DNA of 60,298 nt. Origin: a virus. Lineage: Duplodnaviria; Caudoviricetes. The notes under the pieces are model-generated. The model saw nothing but the letters and a program-made list of their open reading frames with translations. It did not search any database and was not told the DNA's origin. Of this stretch, positions 8,088 to 16,851 are shown piece after piece. A program made the position numbers and the translations under genes. Location of the stretch: positions 1-60,298 of the IMG/VR virus record IMGVR_UViG_3300047387_000084. One strand, given 5' to 3'. Every line of letters starts with the position of its first letter. Positions within the stretch are counted from its first letter, which is position 1.

Positions 8088-10324
8088 CCACCCCTAAACG
8101 GTTTTACTTCTGAAGATATGATGTGTGGCTCCCATGTCGTTACGTTGGTTGCGTTCTTGTTATAGACTGCACCTGTGTTATTCCAAGTCTCGTCGCTATT
8201 AATACTTACAGTGAAGTATAATGATGGGTGGAGGGTCGGAGGTATATCTAAAGTGAATAACGGGTTCTTAATCGAGATCACTTCTGGTATTGGTTTCTCA
8301 CCTGCCTCTAAACCAACTGGTTGAGTCGTAGACCAGCTAATATCAACTACTGCTTTACATGGACCTCTGAAGGCGCCTTTTGAATAGAGAACTCTAGGAT
8401 AAGTTCTCGCGCCACCAGACCTCAAGTTCCATACATCAAACTGAACGTCTTGTAAAATGGGTGGGAAAGCATAGTTAACTACTGTCTCGTAACGAAGGCG
8501 AGCGCATGCATTAGGCGCGTAAGTCGATGTCTCATCATCAGGGCGGTAATTAATAAAGTTGTAAGTTAGATCTATAGGGTCAAGTTGATACCCTTTTACA
8601 AAATAGTCTGGTATACTGTCGCTGGAATCTGTGGGGCGCGTGCTTTGAGCTGCATATTCAACATCCAGATCCGAAATCATTCGGTTTATGTCATTATAAT
8701 TTCTAGGTGCGCTTACGAATCCTCCTTCTCCTCCTCCTCCTACACTAACGAGACCTATTAAGACACACTCTCCATTAATTACAGCCACTATCGGATTACC
8801 CGAATCGTTATTTACTAAAGCTTCATACCACGACGAATAGGTGCTACTAGGTGACCCCCCAAAAAACTTACCATAATTAGCAGAGTGATCCGCATCAGAT
8901 GGTGTGTCATATGCGTCAGGAGTTGGGTCAACGAAGTGTTTAAATTGAAGAAACGTGAGTTTTCTTACAAGGGCTTTTTCTTCTTGGTCCGTCCCAAACA
9001 CTAAAAACTCATTACTGCTACCAGCGTCCCATGTAGTGTTTGTAGTTGAAGGGAAATAACTAGAATCAAAATACTGATACGCATTGATCGGTAAAACTTT
9101 TACTGGTTCGATAGACGCAGGTAGCTCTTGGTCTAATAACGCAATTCCAAAGTCTCCGTCATCATGAGAGGCTTGACCTGTTTGAGCGTTGGGATGAACT
9201 TTTACAGCTATAATAGTGCGCTCAATTAAAACATCATGCTTGGTAACAAAATAAACTTTATTGCCTACAACATACGGGGCGTGTTCAGTGTATAGAACAT
9301 GTCGTTTAGTAACGGCTACACCCCCCATCATTTTCTCTTGACCCGTTCTACTATTCCACGCAACAAAACCTGTCAGACCTTTTAAACCATGCGCCCAACA
9401 ATTTGTATTCCTTTGAAGGTTAGATTGAACAGTGTAGGGGTCAAAAATATTTTGAGCGGTTGAGGGACTCTTTCCAGATAATCTATTACTGACCTCTGCG
9501 CTCATGTGAGTCTGGAGACTCACCCTAGAATCATTACCAGAAGTAGGACACTTAACAACCTCCTGCTCAGTAACGGCAAACCAGTTGTCTGATAACTGCT
9601 GAACAGTGCGGATCGTGCCGGAATTCATGCCCCAGTAGGGTGTATTGTTAGCTGGTGGGCCAACGTAGGCATTATCTGGATTATCTTCTAATTGCGCGAT
9701 TGTTGGGTTTTGTGTCGTATTCCCACCTATTACCACAGTAGCTTCAGATACGACCTCGCCTCCATAATAAAGTATCTGTTTAGTCTCGTTCGTCGTCTTG
9801 AAGAACTCATCAAAGTCTAGACGAGACAATGGAACCTTCTTCACGTAAACCCGTTGCTCGACGACATACAGGCCGTTTAGAATCTTGTCGTTTAGAGGAA
9901 TCTGCTTACGCTCCGCCAGAACGTGTGTGCCACTGAACTTGCCTGTTGGAGTATCTGGCATAGTCGCTCCCATTGCGGGAACGGTAGAGCTAAACTCGCT
10001 ACGACGGATTACGTAATCACGTGAAACAGCGTCGAACTTAGTGCCGCCAATATCAGCCTCACTGTAAGACCAGTTGTCGTTGTCCTGCTCTAGCTGGTCA
10101 GCCGCGTAGTAGTAACGGTAGTAACGAGTCTGGTCGTCTGCTGCTTCAATATGAACCAGTCGGTGGTTTGGCCACTTTTTGTAGTCGGGGTGGTTAGACC
10201 CGTATTTAGGAACATCAGGCCCAACCCTCTCCGCATCAACGGTTTCAAAAAAGAGGATGTCGTTAACATTCGGGGTAGGGAATGTAACGACTGACTGTCT
10301 CTGTGGGGATGGGTTAAGGGCCAT
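8048..10324 (-). CDS. Tail protein with an inserted trypsin-like serine protease domain
   Basis: VTKRHVLYTEH, DFGIALLD and NDSGNP give His-Asp-Ser in trypsin order. Confidence 0.65.
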   Translation of the reverse strand: MALNPSPQRQSVVTFPTPNVNDILFFETVDAERVGPDVPKYGSNHPDYKKWPNHRLVHIEAADDQTRYYRYYYAADQLEQDNDNWSYSEADIGGTKFDAVSRDYVIRRSEFSSTVPAMGATMPDTPTGKFSGTHVLAERKQIPLNDKILNGLYVVEQRVYVKKVPLSRLDFDEFFKTTNETKQILYYGGEVVSEATVVIGGNTTQNPTIAQLEDNPDNAYVGPPANNTPYWGMNSGTIRTVQQLSDNWFAVTEQEVVKCPTSGNDSRVSLQTHMSAEVSNRLSGKSPSTAQNIFDPYTVQSNLQRNTNCWAHGLKGLTGFVAWNSRTGQEKMMGGVAVTKRHVLYTEHAPYVVGNKVYFVTKHDVLIERTIIAVKVHPNAQTGQASHDDGDFGIALLDQELPASIEPVKVLPINAYQYFDSSYFPSTTNTTWDAGSSNEFLVFGTDQEEKALVRKLTFLQFKHFVDPTPDAYDTPSDADHSANYGKFFGGSPSSTYSSWYEALVNNDSGNPIVAVINGECVLIGLVSVGGGGEGGFVSAPRNYNDINRMISDLDVEYAAQSTRPTDSSDSIPDYFVKGYQLDPIDLTYNFINYRPDDETSTYAPNACARLRYETVVNYAFPPILQDVQFDVWNLRSGGARTYPRVLYSKGAFRGPCKAVVDISWSTTQPVGLEAGEKPIPEVISIKNPLFTLDIPPTLHPSLYFTVSINSDETWNNTGAVYNKNATNVTTWEPHIISSEVKPFRGGWLMETVTVYPPS

Positions 10325-10338
10325 GATGTGATTAGGTT

Positions 10339-10524
10339 TTAGGTTTCTTCGCCTTCATCTTCAGCAGCTTCTTGCAGAGAGGCTCCAGCTTCTTGGAGCT
10401 TCTTTGTAAAGTGAACAGCGGCTTCAGCGACTTGAAGACCTGCGGCTTTCGTCGCGAGATCGATTAACTTTATAAGGGCTTCGATTTCGTTGGTGTTTAG
10501 GGAAAGTTCAATATTATCTTCCAT
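10339..10524 (-). CDS. Small helical hypothetical protein following the fibre
   Basis: MEDNIELSLNTNEIEALIKLID...; start refined from the ORF track. Confidence 0.6.
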   Translation of the reverse strand: MEDNIELSLNTNEIEALIKLIDLATKAAGLQVAEAAVHFTKKLQEAGASLQEAAEDEGEET

Positions 10525-10541
10525 ACGTAAGAAAGTTTGCA

Positions 10542-13319
10542 TTATTCTTCGTCGGTTGCAAGGGTTTCTTCGTCTTCTTCAACTGCTTCAGACTCTTCTA
10601 AGCCCTCGACTTCTCCTGTGTCGTCAATTTCTATTTCTAGTTTATCTATGTCTTTTCGTTCTCCATACACCACATAGAAATAATTAAGGAGTGTTTCTGT
10701 ATCTGACCCTACAGTCACTTCCCCGTTATCCGCGATATCTTCAACATAAAGATTTTGGTTGGGGCCGATAGCTGTGAGTTCTACCGTCATGGAATCGAGG
10801 CGGACTAAACCACTCCAATAATCTGGCATCTGAATCGTGTTTGATTGACTTCTTCCTCTAAAGTAAACTGCAATTTCCGGCCCCTCAATGCAAGAATGTA
10901 TTAATCTCTTACCTTCTTTAGTTGGGTGTTTTATTGAGAAGTTTTTAGTAGTTCCTACAATAACACCATCAACTGTAAGATTAGAACTATAAGCGTTGAT
11001 ATTACCTCTAGAAATCCTAAACACTTCAGTTGCTTGGCCAGCGGTAGCACTACCGTAACCAAATGTAACTATCTTCTGACTACCGCCTGAGTTAGGCGAT
11101 TGAACATATAAGACATAGTTACTTGCTGCGGTGTCGCGTGTTATTAAGCTATAACTAGTGCTGCTGGAGTCAGTCCGAAATGCGTTTGCTTCGACGATCC
11201 CATTAACATCAACAGCACTACTACTAACTGTCCCTGTAAACGTAGGGCTGGCAAACATAGTCGCCTTACTTTCGTTTGTTACGTTACCTAAGCCAACGTG
11301 TGTCTTACTTACGCCACTAACCGTACCTGTAAAGGTAGGGCTAGCAAACATCGTAGCCTTACTTTCGTTTGTTACGTTACCTAAGCTAACGTCAGTGGCT
11401 GTTACGCTTGTTAAGTAGTTCTGACCTTTAACATACTCCGTAGTAGCTACTTTAGTTGTGTTATCACTTAACGTAGGCGTAGGGGCTGTAGGTGCGCCTG
11501 TAAAGGTAGGGCTAGCTAAGTTCGCTTTGAGATTTAAAAACTGGTTTGTTTCAGTCTCTGTGTAATAGCGGCTATCTAAATCTGTGCTAGAGGCTGTTAA
11601 GTAAGTCCCTAAGTCACTAATCTGGGACTCCGTAATAGAAAGCTCTCCTTGGTGTTGCGTGACACTAGCCTCAGATATGTTATCCGCGTGTATGTCCGTG
11701 GAACCTTGGTCCGTCGTCCAGTCAACTATCTGAGCAGCGGCAGGAGTGCCACTTATAGACGAGTAAGGGATCGTAGGTAAGTTATTTACATGTATGTCTG
11801 TAGATCCTTGGTCCGTCGTCCAGTCTATTATCTGGTTGCCACTAGGTATCGTAGGTTTTCCACTTAAAGACGAGTAAGCTATCGTTTGCCCTTTAACATA
11901 CTCCGTAGTAGCTAATTTAGTTGAGTTTTCACTTAACGTAGGTGTAGGTGCTGTAGGCGTACCTGTAAACGTAGGGCTGGCAAACATCGTAGCCTTACTT
12001 TCATTAGTTACGTTACCTAAGCCAACGTGTGTCTTACTTACACCACTAACTGTACCTGTAAAGGTAGGGCTAGCGAACATCGTAGCCTTACTTTCGTTTG
12101 TTACGTTACCCAACCCAACGTCAGTAGCTGTTACGCTTGTTAAGTAGTTCTGGCCTTTAACATACTCCGTAGTAGCTAATTTAGTTGAGTTTTCACTTAA
12201 CGTAGGTGTAGGTGCTGTAGGTGTACCTGTAAAGGTAGGGCTAGCGAACATCGTAGCCTTACTTTCGTTTGTTACGTTACCCAACCCAACGTGTGTCTTA
12301 CTTACACCACTAACTGTACCTGTAAAGGTAGGGCTAGCAAACATCGTAGCCTTACTTTCGTTTGTAACGTTACCTAACCCAACGTCAGTAGCTGTTACGC
12401 TTGATATATAGTTAGGGTCGGACGAAGGAACCCAAGAAGGGGTCACATCTGCGTTGGTAGCTCCGGTATATCCTAAGTCGGCTAACGTCAGTGTCCTTTT
12501 AGTTGCGCTAGCTGAAGTTACATGACCTAGCGCGTCACTCGTAAAAGCAATAGCATCTACAACGTCAGCTCCTGTCGCGTCTACTGAAATAGTCCTAACT
12601 GTTTGAGTCGGGTGTATGAATTTGTTAGCGTCCGCATCTCCAGTATAACCAATGTCAGCTAACAATATCGGCCTAGTAGTGATCCCCGTCACACGACCCG
12701 ACGTATCGGATGTGAATGTATCTAAGACGTGCGCCCCACTAGTATTAATATTCCTCGCTGTAAACGATGTCGGTAGGACGTATTTGTTGGCGTCCGCAGC
12801 TCCGGTATACCCTAAGTCAGCTAAAGTAAGCGTCCTAGTCGTGATATTAGTTACATGGCCCGCAACATCAGAGGTAAATTCATCTAATACAGACGCTCCA
12901 CTAGTATTAATACTACGGGACGTGTAGGTAGGGTGGACGTATTTGTTGGCCTGAACCGCTATCCCGTCCAGCTTAGTGCCGTCTACGGAAAGATCTCGCC
13001 CATCTACCGTCCCGCTAACCGTTATAGCGGCGAAGGTAGGGGAGTCCGTCGTATTTAAATTCTGATCAAACGGATTAGCCGACGAGGATGACCCCGTAGA
13101 CTGGTCAATCGTTAGCAGTATATTGTTGTCCTGAACCGTTATTGACGGGTCTGTCGAGCCGGTAACGGTAAGCAATGAAGTAGGCGTGTCACTAACCGTT
13201 AAAGTTAAATCATCGCTAGCAATGGTTAACGGGGCGCTAGTGCCACTGACAGTCAGACTGTGTGTGGGGGTTTCACTAACGGTTAATCCATACTCATTCT
13301 CATTTACTGTTAAAGACAT
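10542..13319 (-). CDS. Long tail fibre with shaft repeats and a C-terminal intramolecular-chaperone-like domain
   Basis: Six V(G/S)LGNVTNESKATMFASPTFTG repeats, three PTAPTP..ATTEYVK repeats, C-terminal KNFSIKHP..LIHSCIEGPE..YGERKD. Confidence 0.85.
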   Translation of the reverse strand: MSLTVNENEYGLTVSETPTHSLTVSGTSAPLTIASDDLTLTVSDTPTSLLTVTGSTDPSITVQDNNILLTIDQSTGSSSSANPFDQNLNTTDSPTFAAITVSGTVDGRDLSVDGTKLDGIAVQANKYVHPTYTSRSINTSGASVLDEFTSDVAGHVTNITTRTLTLADLGYTGAADANKYVLPTSFTARNINTSGAHVLDTFTSDTSGRVTGITTRPILLADIGYTGDADANKFIHPTQTVRTISVDATGADVVDAIAFTSDALGHVTSASATKRTLTLADLGYTGATNADVTPSWVPSSDPNYISSVTATDVGLGNVTNESKATMFASPTFTGTVSGVSKTHVGLGNVTNESKATMFASPTFTGTPTAPTPTLSENSTKLATTEYVKGQNYLTSVTATDVGLGNVTNESKATMFASPTFTGTVSGVSKTHVGLGNVTNESKATMFASPTFTGTPTAPTPTLSENSTKLATTEYVKGQTIAYSSLSGKPTIPSGNQIIDWTTDQGSTDIHVNNLPTIPYSSISGTPAAAQIVDWTTDQGSTDIHADNISEASVTQHQGELSITESQISDLGTYLTASSTDLDSRYYTETETNQFLNLKANLASPTFTGAPTAPTPTLSDNTTKVATTEYVKGQNYLTSVTATDVSLGNVTNESKATMFASPTFTGTVSGVSKTHVGLGNVTNESKATMFASPTFTGTVSSSAVDVNGIVEANAFRTDSSSTSYSLITRDTAASNYVLYVQSPNSGGSQKIVTFGYGSATAGQATEVFRISRGNINAYSSNLTVDGVIVGTTKNFSIKHPTKEGKRLIHSCIEGPEIAVYFRGRSQSNTIQMPDYWSGLVRLDSMTVELTAIGPNQNLYVEDIADNGEVTVGSDTETLLNYFYVVYGERKDIDKLEIEIDDTGEVEGLEESEAVEEDEETLATDEE

Positions 13320-13666
13320 TAGAAGTCGGTGATGTTATTCTCTATCTGTAAATCCCCGTAAATTAGGCGGGTTGTGTTCCCACTGCTTTCTATACGGAAC
13401 AAATCCCACTTATAGCGGGCGTTTCCATCTAACTTCAGTGTCTCTGCTTTAGGTAGCTTTACTGAAACAGTGGCGGGGTTTGTAGCGTTTGTAATACTTA
13501 CTGTGAACGTCGCGACGAGGGGCTTCCCCGCATCACGACGGACTTCTGCTTTAAAAGTGTCGCCCGTTAAATTTACAGCAGCACTTCCAGTGCTTGCTGC
13601 TATCGTTAATGTGAACGAAAAATCTTCGCCGCGACCTACTGTAATGTTATGTTTTGCTGCTGCCAT
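13319..13666 (-). CDS. Fibre attachment/BppU-like small beta protein
   Basis: NITVGRGEDFSF...YKWDL...RLIYG pattern, directly upstream of the fibre. Confidence 0.6.
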   Translation of the reverse strand: MAAAKHNITVGRGEDFSFTLTIAASTGSAAVNLTGDTFKAEVRRDAGKPLVATFTVSITNATNPATVSVKLPKAETLKLDGNARYKWDLFRIESSGNTTRLIYGDLQIENNITDF

Positions 13667-13696
13667 CAGTCATAGCCTTCTCTACGGCGATGACGA

Positions 13697-13725
13697 ATCC
13701 TACCTTATACAACCATTTTTGTCCA
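13697..13725 (-). promoter_or_regulatory. Sigma70-type promoter for the tail operon
   Basis: TGGACA-17 nt-TAGGAT just downstream of the capsid terminator. Confidence 0.5.
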
Positions 13726-13741
13726 GCGTGCGGTTACAGCC

Positions 13742-13785
13742 AAAAAGAACCCCGCTACCCGTTTTAGAGACAGGTAACGGGGTTC
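13742..13785 (-). terminator. Intrinsic terminator after the major capsid gene
   Basis: GAACCCCGTTACCTG...CGGGTAGCGGGGTTC stem followed by TTTTT. Confidence 0.85.
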
Positions 13786-13807
13786 GTGTTAAGTGTTAAA
13801 CAGTCAA

Positions 13808-15106
13808 TTAAGCTGCTGGTGTGGTCGAAGTCCGGTCGAACACGATGACGTAACCAAACTCAGTTTTGATAGGCTTGGTTGCGCTTGCGAGAACCCCACG
13901 GAAGAAACCAATGGTTCCGTCTGGGTTGGTGATCTCGTTAACGATGTTCTTCCAGTCAAACTTACCACGGTAGTTGACAGGATCGAAGCTGATTCCAGCT
14001 CCCCCAGTCATAGGGTTAGGGATGAGGGCTTCGCAAACTTCAGGGTGAAGAATGAAGGCGGTCTCAAACTTAGCTGACTCATACGCTGGGTTAGGGGCAA
14101 CAACGCCACCAGTCGCGTCAGAAGATGCGATGTATGGGTCAACAGCAACGAGGTGGTCACTACCATCGATAGCAGCTTGGAAGCGAGGAGCAAGATCATC
14201 AACAAGGTGGTAGAATCCACGGAAGGACTTCTCAATACCTAGTGGGGCGATAAGCTCACTAACCTTAGCGTTGTTGTATCGAACATCATCGCGGAAGTTA
14301 GTCTCAGTCTGAAGCTGGTAAGAAGCTTCAGAAGAAAGGACGAGTGAGAATACTGGACGACCGTTCTCACGACCGTAAGAGTTAGTACCTGCACCAGCGC
14401 GGATAAGCTGGAAATACGCCTTATCGAGGATAGCATTCGAGATGTTAGCATTGATATCTGCTCCATCAGTACCTGCGTCAACGTCAATCGCGGTAGCTGC
14501 GCTTCCTTCTTGTCCAGCGCGGAACTCAGAAGCAGCAGTCTTACAAAGGACGAAGTTGTCAGCAACCTTATCGAACTCATCACGGTAGCGGTTCTCCCAA
14601 GTGTTACGGGTAACTTGCGTCATGATGTCCATGATGGCGCGAAGCTGCTCCTGACGGTGTGCAGCGAAACGGAGGTCTTCAAGCGAGATGCGAGGAGACT
14701 CAATCACAGCACGCTCAAGCTTAAATGACTTCAGTTTCTTAGTGAACTTAACGAAAGAGCGTTGGTCAGAACCATCACCACGGCCACCAGTTGCGTCATT
14801 AGCACCACCAACAAGGTTACCAGAACCAAGAGCGGTAGACCCAAACTGGCCAGAAACATCATTCCAAGAAGCTCCGAGAGTGTCGGGATTACTAGAAAGA
14901 TCCGAAGCAGCAACAGCACGGTCGTAAACGAGCGTGGTCTGCTCATATCCCATCCCATCGGGAAATGCGGACTGTTTAGTGAGGTCCAACCATGGAGAGG
15001 TGTGGAGAGTTCTTCCATGGATATCGCTGCTGATGCGGTTAGCCTCTTGAGCGAGGATTGTGTTAACGGCGGCGGTTCCAGCGGAACCAAGATCAAATGT
15101 AGACAT
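13808..15106 (-). CDS. Major capsid protein
   Basis: About 432 aa, follows portal and scaffold, own promoter and terminator, biased codon use; ATG at 15106 preferred over the ORF-track start. Confidence 0.8.
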   Translation of the reverse strand: MSTFDLGSAGTAAVNTILAQEANRISSDIHGRTLHTSPWLDLTKQSAFPDGMGYEQTTLVYDRAVAASDLSSNPDTLGASWNDVSGQFGSTALGSGNLVGGANDATGGRGDGSDQRSFVKFTKKLKSFKLERAVIESPRISLEDLRFAAHRQEQLRAIMDIMTQVTRNTWENRYRDEFDKVADNFVLCKTAASEFRAGQEGSAATAIDVDAGTDGADINANISNAILDKAYFQLIRAGAGTNSYGRENGRPVFSLVLSSEASYQLQTETNFRDDVRYNNAKVSELIAPLGIEKSFRGFYHLVDDLAPRFQAAIDGSDHLVAVDPYIASSDATGGVVAPNPAYESAKFETAFILHPEVCEALIPNPMTGGAGISFDPVNYRGKFDWKNIVNEITNPDGTIGFFRGVLASATKPIKTEFGYVIVFDRTSTTPAA

Positions 15107-15178
15107 TGTTTTAAATAAATAAGGGTTTGCGCTTCCAGCCAACGTGGTCGGAAACTAAAAGAGTTTAGGGCGAACCTC

Positions 15179-15260
15179 TTAGAACTAATCAATGGCTAGA
15201 GCAACCGGAGTTTCTATGTGCTTTACCAGTTGTTTAGAACTATTTAAGGCTAGAGCAACC
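15179..15260 (-). repeat. Two-copy bipartite direct repeat in the capsid 5' UTR
   Basis: GGTTGCTCTAGCC-n5/6-TAGTTCTAA at 15234-15260 and 15179-15206. Confidence 0.85.
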
Positions 15261-15274
15261 CAACTGATACGCGC

Positions 15275-15302
15275 ATATTAACACTGTCTGGCGATCTGTC
15301 AA
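15275..15302 (-). promoter_or_regulatory. Capsid promoter
   Basis: TTGACA-16 nt-TAATAT with an extended TGn. Confidence 0.7.
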
Positions 15303-15307
15303 CGGGG

Positions 15308-16549
15308 TCACACAGCACCCAAAGCAGCATTCACTCGCTCTTCAAAGCTTGCGCTATCTGATACTCCGGCTCCGGCTGCTGGTGCTTTAGTCTGGCCAGA
15401 CATCGCTGGCTCCGCGTCCTCATACTCAGCAAGTCGGTCAGTCAATGACTCAACTTCTTTCCTCATTTCAAGATACTGTCGAACAACCGTCGGGAACACT
15501 TGGGCTGAGACCGCATTGTAGGCGTGGTCAACAGGATGGAGGACAGTAGGGTCAGTCTCTGATGCCTTCTGCTGGATGGCTGACATGTCAAGACCTTCGA
15601 TTCCTTTGAGGAAAGGTAACTTTTCTTGGACTTTTTCCACGACATTCTTAGTAACTGTCTCTCTGATTTGAGCTTGTTCTGCGGCGGCGGCTGATTGTTG
15701 CTGCTCTTCAAGCTGCTTCGCTTCTGCCAATGCTGCATCTGCGTTCTCATAAAGCTGCTCACGACGTTGTATAATAGGATCAATGTCTTCCATGATCCTG
15801 TAAATCTTTGCCTTATCGCGATCACTAGCATTGGGTAAAAGCTCAGACAACTGCTCTTCCTGCTCTTGTGGATCGTCTAACGACAACACGTCAATCAAAG
15901 CATCCGAATCAACCTCGTATTTGTCAGCAATCTGGTCTGCCTGCTCAACGAGAGCTTCCAACGGCTGTGATACCGCCTGCTGATACGCTTGAGTTTGCTC
16001 TAGATTAGATAGAGCCTGCTGCTGTTCATATTCAGCAAGCCTTTCTTGTAGCTGCTCAACATCCTTGTTCTCAGCAAGTCCCGTCAACTCCTGAATCTTC
16101 GATTCGTATTCCTTCGATTGCTGACGCAACTGCTCCAACTCAGAACGGTTTGTCTTTAACTCAGTCTTGAGTTCCTTAAATCGATTAGCCGCTTTAGGAG
16201 TCCAGTCGTCGCCGATGTCCTCTGTCAAATCTTTCGTTAGGTTATCTAAAGGATCATCCGATTCCTTAACCTCGTTTCCCGTATCCTGAACCTCTTCCGA
16301 CGATTCCTCAGCCACTGGTTCCGTTTCAGGCTCTGCGGCTGGTTCCGGCTCTGCGGCTGGTTCCTCTGCAACAGGTTCTGGCTCTGCGGCTGGTTCTGGC
16401 TCTGCGGGTGCTTGATCAAGGTTAGAAAACGCTGCTTCTAACGAGGCTTCAAATGAAGTCGGTTCAGCGGCATTAGGTAAAGCATCTACATTAGTTGGTG
16501 CTTCTACGGCTTCAGTGGCCTCTACGGCTGCTTCTACAGGTGCGTCCAT
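15308..16549 (-). CDS. Capsid scaffolding protein
   Basis: Acidic, Pro/Ala/Glu-rich N-terminus, coiled coils, located between portal and capsid. Confidence 0.75.
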   Translation of the reverse strand: MDAPVEAAVEATEAVEAPTNVDALPNAAEPTSFEASLEAAFSNLDQAPAEPEPAAEPEPVAEEPAAEPEPAAEPETEPVAEESSEEVQDTGNEVKESDDPLDNLTKDLTEDIGDDWTPKAANRFKELKTELKTNRSELEQLRQQSKEYESKIQELTGLAENKDVEQLQERLAEYEQQQALSNLEQTQAYQQAVSQPLEALVEQADQIADKYEVDSDALIDVLSLDDPQEQEEQLSELLPNASDRDKAKIYRIMEDIDPIIQRREQLYENADAALAEAKQLEEQQQSAAAAEQAQIRETVTKNVVEKVQEKLPFLKGIEGLDMSAIQQKASETDPTVLHPVDHAYNAVSAQVFPTVVRQYLEMRKEVESLTDRLAEYEDAEPAMSGQTKAPAAGAGVSDSASFEERVNAALGAV

Positions 16550-16851
16550 TCGTCTGGTTGGTTAGTTTTTGTGGTGGAGGGCCGATGAGTCAGCTTCTCC
16601 AAATCATTAAAGGCGTCTCTGTATCCCGCATACCAAGCCAGTTTATGGCTGTTGGCTTGCGGGTCGGAATCTAAAGAGGTTACAGTGGGGCCAGAAGCTT
16701 CCTTAAGGATGGCAACAGCTTGTTGAAATACAGGATCATCGATGAGTTCCTGTAAATGTGTTACAGACTTAATGTCGTTAAACCACCGCTCCAGTTTGAT
16801 TGGAACGGCAATCTTCTTTGCTGCTTTCTTTGCGGCCTTCTTTGCTGGCAT
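16534..16851 (-). CDS. Hypothetical head-morphogenesis protein with an AKKA-repeat N-terminus
   Basis: TAATG coupling to the portal stop. Confidence 0.65.
   Translation of the reverse strand: MPAKKAAKKAAKKIAVPIKLERWFNDIKSVTHLQELIDDPVFQQAVAILKEASGPTVTSLDSDPQANSHKLAWYAGYRDAFNDLEKLTHRPSTTKTNQPDEWTHL

Noticed and set aside
11230-12410. Diversity-generating retroelement template/variable repeats
   Set aside because: No reverse transcriptase seen; differences between copies are mostly synonymous rather than adenine-specific
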